Positions 58,748-64,000 of a DNA stretch of 64,000 nucleotides are shown here, piece by piece. The translations under genes and the position numbers were made by a program. How positions within the stretch are numbered: the first letter of the stretch is position 1; each line of letters starts with the position of its first letter. Origin of the DNA: Eledone cirrhosa. Lineage: Eukaryota. The notes below the pieces were generated by a model that searched no databases, was not told where the DNA came from, and worked only from the letters and a program-made list of their open reading frames with translations. The DNA lies in assembly GCA_964016885.1 (NCBI GenBank), contig OZ024743.1, forward strand, positions 254,944,001-255,008,000, read 5' to 3'.

Positions 58748-58761
58748 TATTTCTGTGTGTG

Positions 58762-58835
<74 letters not shown>

Positions 58836-59579
58836 AACGAGTAGGACCCCAACGGCTGAGCCCAAGCCGTTTCGACGGCTAATTCTGGACTAAATCAAAA
58901 ATTTTATCCTGGTATTTGAATAGCCGAGCTTCTCAAGGGGTAATTCCATATATGGTCAAAGTGATTGTCACAAGGATTGGTCAAAAGTTTGTTGTTGAGA
59001 CATAATAATTCTATGATGGCAATTTGTGGAGGGAAGGGGTAGCTAAACCTGCCAGTAGGAGAAAGAGGGAGAGGGGTGGAGGAGACCCATTCATGCGTTG
59101 ATAGTGCCAACTACAGCTGGGCATGAGGTCAAAGAAGATACTAGGGAGGGGGAGGGGGGAAGTCGAAACAATAAGTAGAACAATAAGGGGTAAATATATA
59201 GAAAAATACTGAGAGTAAAAAAATAAACAAATGCTGGGCAAAAAAAATATACTAGGTGGGACGGAATTATAATGAGACCCTTTTAAGAGGTATAAGTAAT
59301 AAACCGAGTATATCTTACGGTGACGGATCAACAAGTGAGGGGCCAAAATACTAAAGAAACTACCACGAAATAATAAATAAAGGTTTCTACCCCAGGCACA
59401 AGGCCAGCAACCACCCAGTGCAAAAAAGTAAACTAATACGAAATAATAATTCAGAGTCCCGAAAAAGAATACTAATACTATCTCTAAGGGTGCCGCCACG
59501 ATACAAAGGTTCTAGTGCAAGCTACATAAAAGCTCGTACGAAGTAAATGTAAAATTTGAGACGAAAGATTAATTCAGAA

Positions 59580-59867
59580 TCCTTCCGAAACCCGGCCCAG
59601 CGTCGCGCCACTACACTTTCGGGCCACATATGGGACCTCAAGGATAACAACATTACCTATGATCTCACTTGGAGATTACTGTCCAGAGCCAACTCTTACA
59701 CGGGAGGACGCTGTCCGTGCAATTTATGCACGGAGGAAACTTTACAAATGCTGTTTTCGACGGACCAACTCCTAAACAAGAAAGATGAACTTGTTACTGC
59801 ATGTAAACACAGATTGCGTAGGACTTATCTCGCCCTCAAACCCCATAATGACCCGGGAGGGGGGTAG
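59580..59867 (+). pseudogene. PLE GIY-YIG C-terminal fragment
   Basis: SFRN..ATTLSGHIWDLK..LTWRLL..CNLCTEE..LLNKKDELVTACKHR, homologous to the end of ORF 611-1528. Confidence 0.85.
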
Positions 59868-60973
59868 ACTAGGGCTATAACACCCCACTTGCTGATTTTG
59901 TAATGGGTAACCCCTGCTTGCTAAGGTAGACGTAAGATCTTCTTTTATATCTTTTTATCGCTTCCTCTATATTTCCTTCTTCCCCCCATCCTTCCCTAGT
60001 CCTCCCACCCCAGTTCTCTTTCTTTGTCGTCGTCTTTTTCTCGCCCACCCGAGGCAGCCCCTCGGTCCTTTGTAGCCTCAGTACCCCCACCCCTTCCCCT
60101 ATTCTATGATAGATTTGGCCGACTCCGCTTTTTATAGCAGATGTGTTAGACCCCGGATACTTGCCCTCCTACCCGACCGCTGCCCCTTTTCCGTGCTTTC
60201 TATATTTCTTAGTTGTATCTTTGCTTTAATTTCTCGTTTATCAGTATTTTTTTTTTTGGGGGGGGGGTCGGAAGGATTCTGAATTAATCTTCCGTCTCAA
60301 ATTTTACATTTACTTCGTACGAGCTTTTAAGTAGCTTGCACTAGAACTTTTGTATCGTGGCGGCACCCTTAGAGATAGTATTAGTATTCTTTTTCGGGAT
60401 TCTGAATTATTATTTCGTATTAGTTTACTTTTTTGCACTGGGTGGTTGCTGGCCTTGTGCCTGGGGTAGAAACCTTTATTTATTATTTCGTGGTAGTTTC
60501 TTTAGTATTTTGGCCCCTCACTTGTTGACCCGTCACCGTAAGATATACTCGGTTTATTACTTATACCTCTTAAAAGGGTCTCATTATAATTCCGTCCCAC
60601 CTAGTATATTTTTTTTGCCCAGCAGTACCAGTGAGAGACTTAGGTCGTAGTAACCAGAAATTGTTTATTTTTTTTACATTTAATTGCTTTTTAACACTCT
60701 CAGTATTTTTCTATATATTTACCCCTTATTGTTATACTTATTGTTTCGACTTCCTCCTCCTCCCTCTCCCTAGTATCTTCTTTGACCTCATGCCCAGCTG
60801 TAGTCGGCATTATCAACGCATGAATGGGTCTCCTCCACCCCCTCTTCCTCTTTCTCCTACTGGCAGGTTTAGCTACCCCTTCCCTCCACAAATTGCCATC
60901 ATAGAATTATTATGTCTCAACAACAAACTTTTGACCAATCCTTGTGACAATCACTTTGACCATATATGGAATT

Positions 60974-61069
60974 ACCCCTTGAGAAGCTCGGCTATTCAAA
61001 TACCAGGATAAAAATGTTCATTTAGTCCAGAATTAGCCATCGAAACGGCTTGAGCTCAGCCGTCGGGGT
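60974..61069 (+). ncRNA. Type I hammerhead ribozyme, U3-A8 core, GUC cleavage triplet (mirror ~58846-58941 on - strand)
   Basis: acccc TTGAGAA gct cggcta ttc..gaat tagcc.tc GAA ACGGCT tgagctc AGCCGT C ggggt. Confidence 0.75.
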
Positions 61070-61160
61070 CCTACTCGTTCCTATTACCCACTCTACTACC
61101 CTAAGTATTGAGTACTTTGGTGCGTTATGGTCCACCTGGTTCCTTACCACATTTCCTCCG

Positions 61161-61194
<34 letters not shown>

Positions 61195-61200
<6 letters not shown>

Positions 61201-61509
61201 AAAAGAGATGAAATCGAAAATGCAACTGGAGCCTTATTTTTTTAAAAAATATATATATTTATTTGGTTCCTTTACCGGTTTCGCAGTTCTTCTGCTTTTC
61301 AAAAGGTGAGTTGAGATGGAGGGTCTGTGGTTTTTCTCACATCTTTTGAAAAGCAGAAGAACTGCGAAACCGGTAAAAGAACCAAATAAATATATATATT
61401 TTTAAAAAAAATAAGATTCCAGTTGCATTTTCGATTTCATCTCTTTATCTTTATACTTTCACTCGTGTAGGACACCTCGGTTATTTTTCATTTTGTAAAA
61501 AAACCTCAC

Positions 61510-61516
<7 letters not shown>
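61195..61516 (+). mobile_element. Hairpin element with U3-A8 HHR, same family as 7151-7510
   Basis: Sequence identity with 7151-7510 in the opposite orientation; different fold-back point. Confidence 0.8.
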
Positions 61517-61600
<84 letters not shown>

Positions 61601-62345
61601 TACATATATACAGTGGCTGACTGGGTCTAAAAATATTGGTTGCCAGGAGATAAAGGTGGCCCACCAAGATATAGAATGCTATTGCTATCATTTAATTTTT
61701 ATAATATGAATAAATAACATTTTCAAAAAATACATGTGAAAACAAAATGGTGCAATCAAAGTTTTGTGGAAAAAAATGTGTATTTTTTTCCTAATTATAT
61801 TGTATATATACTGTACATATTACTGGCAGTATACAGTAATACTAAATGTTAATACAGAATGTTATAATTGAATTTTTAAATTATTGTGAATGTATAGTAT
61901 CAAAGTGACCTTTCTTATCTTCTCCAATAAAACATATACACATCCAGAGACTTTCAATAATATATATATATATATATGGGAGTGTGTGTATGTGTGTACA
62001 TGTGTATATATATAGATTTATATATATCTATACATACATGTTTTCAACTTGTACAAACATTATTTGGTGACTCGCTCTCCCTAGGGACTGATTTTACATG
62101 TTTTTAACCCATTGATATCAAATATTATTTGGCCAGCAGCCCCTGTGTATGTGTAACTATATATATATATAGATATATATATATATATATAATGTAGGAG
62201 GTGAGTTTTATTGTAGTACAATAAAGCAATGCAGATATCGGATAAGAAGCACTCTACAGTTTGTAGGACTGGAGTATACATATATAATATATAATATATT
62301 ATATTATATATTTATATATATTATACTATATATTATATTATATAT

Positions 62346-62395
<50 letters not shown>

Positions 62396-63057
62396 TCCAA
62401 ATATTTGTTGAGTGCTTTTATATCAGTTATAAATATTTACTCGTTGTAACCCAACAATTTAAATAAAACTTTGCATATATATATATATATATATATATTC
62501 GTGTGTTTGTGTCCATGTATGTATGCATGCATGAATGAATACAGTAAGCCAGTGACTCCAACTGTTAGCACTAATATATATTTTGGTTTCTATTAATTCC
62601 CTAGGGTATTGTTTGACCAAATTCTTTGCTTGGTTGTTTATTTATTTTTAGAAAAATTTTATTCTTTCTCTAAGACAGTTTTTAAACATATTTTTTTAAA
62701 GTAAATCATTGGCCCCTAAAATACTACAGAGGACCCCTGCAATGTCACCATGGGCTCCCTGGGTCCCACTTGCCATTGGGCAACCTGGCCAGTCCAGCAA
62801 AGAGAGGACAAGACAAGGAACAAAAACAATTTTTTAAGGAGAAACCTTAGAAAATTATTTCATAAAAATATGAACGAAGGACACAGAACTCCAGGGTCAT
62901 TGGCCATTGAGGTGGACTTTGGAAACCTCCCCAAATCCCACACATCTCCCTCCATCCAAGTCCCTAGCCCACACTATAAAATGGTTGTGTAAGTGACACA
63001 CAAAAAGCGCCCTGTCCACACTGTAAAGTAGTCATGTAGGTTTGACATGGTCTAGAA

Positions 63058-63355
63058 CAGGTATGGACAACGTTTTTCAAGAAACGGGTCACATGCGATG
63101 TGGTTCATCATCAGGCGGGATGCAAGCGCTAATTTACATTTGTGCCCCCATTAAATAAAAGGGGTTGTAACTCAGGTTGTTTTGATTTGTTTCTTCAGAA
63201 TTCATACACATTGTTTTCCTCGATCGTAAAAATGATAGAAAGATAAATTACGACTTAAAAGTTGGGGTAAAAAAAATAGAGAGTTTTCACTTAGGTGATT
63301 TAGGAGAGCCCTTCAGAAAGCTTGCGGCCCACAGGCCACAGGTTGCCCATGACTG
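63058..63355. mobile_element. hAT (Charlie-like) MITE
   Basis: TIRs caggtatggacaac / gttgcccatgactg; 8 bp TSD gtctagaa / gtctaaaa. Confidence 0.7.
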
Positions 63356-64000
63356 GTCTAAAACATTGTCTGGAACAGAAGGAAACTTTGAGGTTAGGTT
63401 TAATTATTTCTAACACTTACTCGTCTGGAACTATGCTAGCTGAAACCAATCAAAGTTCTATAAATACACACACATATAAGAAATCAGTTTTGTTTGAACC
63501 TGGTAAAGAATAGGTTCTGCTAGGTTTAAATATTCAAGATGTACTGTATGTCAGTGCCCTTCCAACTCCATCAGGAGTTCAAGGCTATGGATGTTTTATT
63601 TTTTATTTTTGTTTGCTCTTCCAATGTCAGTAACTCCTCATTTTTTAATTTATGCCATGCTGAACTGAAAGGTAACTTCCCTGTATATTTTTTCTTTCAT
63701 AATATTACAAATCTCTAATAGTTTGATTTATTGATCCATCCTGAAATTACAGTGAACTGATTAGGAACTTTTATCACATGGAATTTCATGAGATAAACAG
63801 AAGAAAACTTTGAGGTTAGGTTTAGTTATTTCTAACACTTACTGAGTTCTTTTTTTAAGAGATTGTACTTTCTAGAAGGTTACAATAATGCAAATAAGAT
63901 ATTTAATGTCTTATTTGCATTGCTATAGCCTTTAAAACAACAGAAAGAAAACACTATTTTCTACATTTTCAACAATGCTTGAGGCAAACTACAACTTATG

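Larger units (their letters stand above)
58831..61162 (+). mobile_element. 5'-truncated PLE with ~760 bp inverted arms and GIY-YIG C-terminal core
   Basis: Arms 58831-59589 / 60268-61083; ~78 bp tail to 61162; (TA)n on both sides. Confidence 0.88.

Noticed and set aside
61611-62790. Possible hAT MITE (cagtggctgactgg .. ccagtccagc)
   Set aside because: Termini are imperfect and no TSD can be identified

Overview
AT-rich, repeat-dense animal genomic DNA. The SINE families and the very long (TA)n/(TATGCA) tracts suggest an octopus-like cephalopod (inference). I see no host protein-coding gene; most of the ORF track is translated microsatellite. Real coding content is retrotransposon-derived: one near-intact APE+RT LINE (12.1-15.4 kb), two copies of a Penelope-like element (PLE) family with RT+GIY-YIG (9.3-11.5 and 28.8-32.4 kb), a larger GIY-YIG PLE fragment (0.6-1.9 kb), three short GIY-YIG C-terminal fragments, and RTE 3' ends. 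The main signal is non-coding. About a dozen unrelated elements sit in (TA)n tracts with a shared layout: (TA)n - short unpaired 3' tail - arm - optional core - inverted arm ending at an internal TA - (TA)n. Most of them carry a recognisable type I hammerhead ribozyme (HHR), several with variant cores (U3-A8, U4C, U4A) and palindromic stem III. The extreme case is a 4.5 kb palindrome at 19.4-23.9 kb made of about 7 + 7.4 near-identical 310 bp HHR-containing monomers, resembling a retrozyme/circRNA concatemer integrated by PLE machinery. All folds and alignments were done by eye, and boundaries are approximate to within tens of bases.
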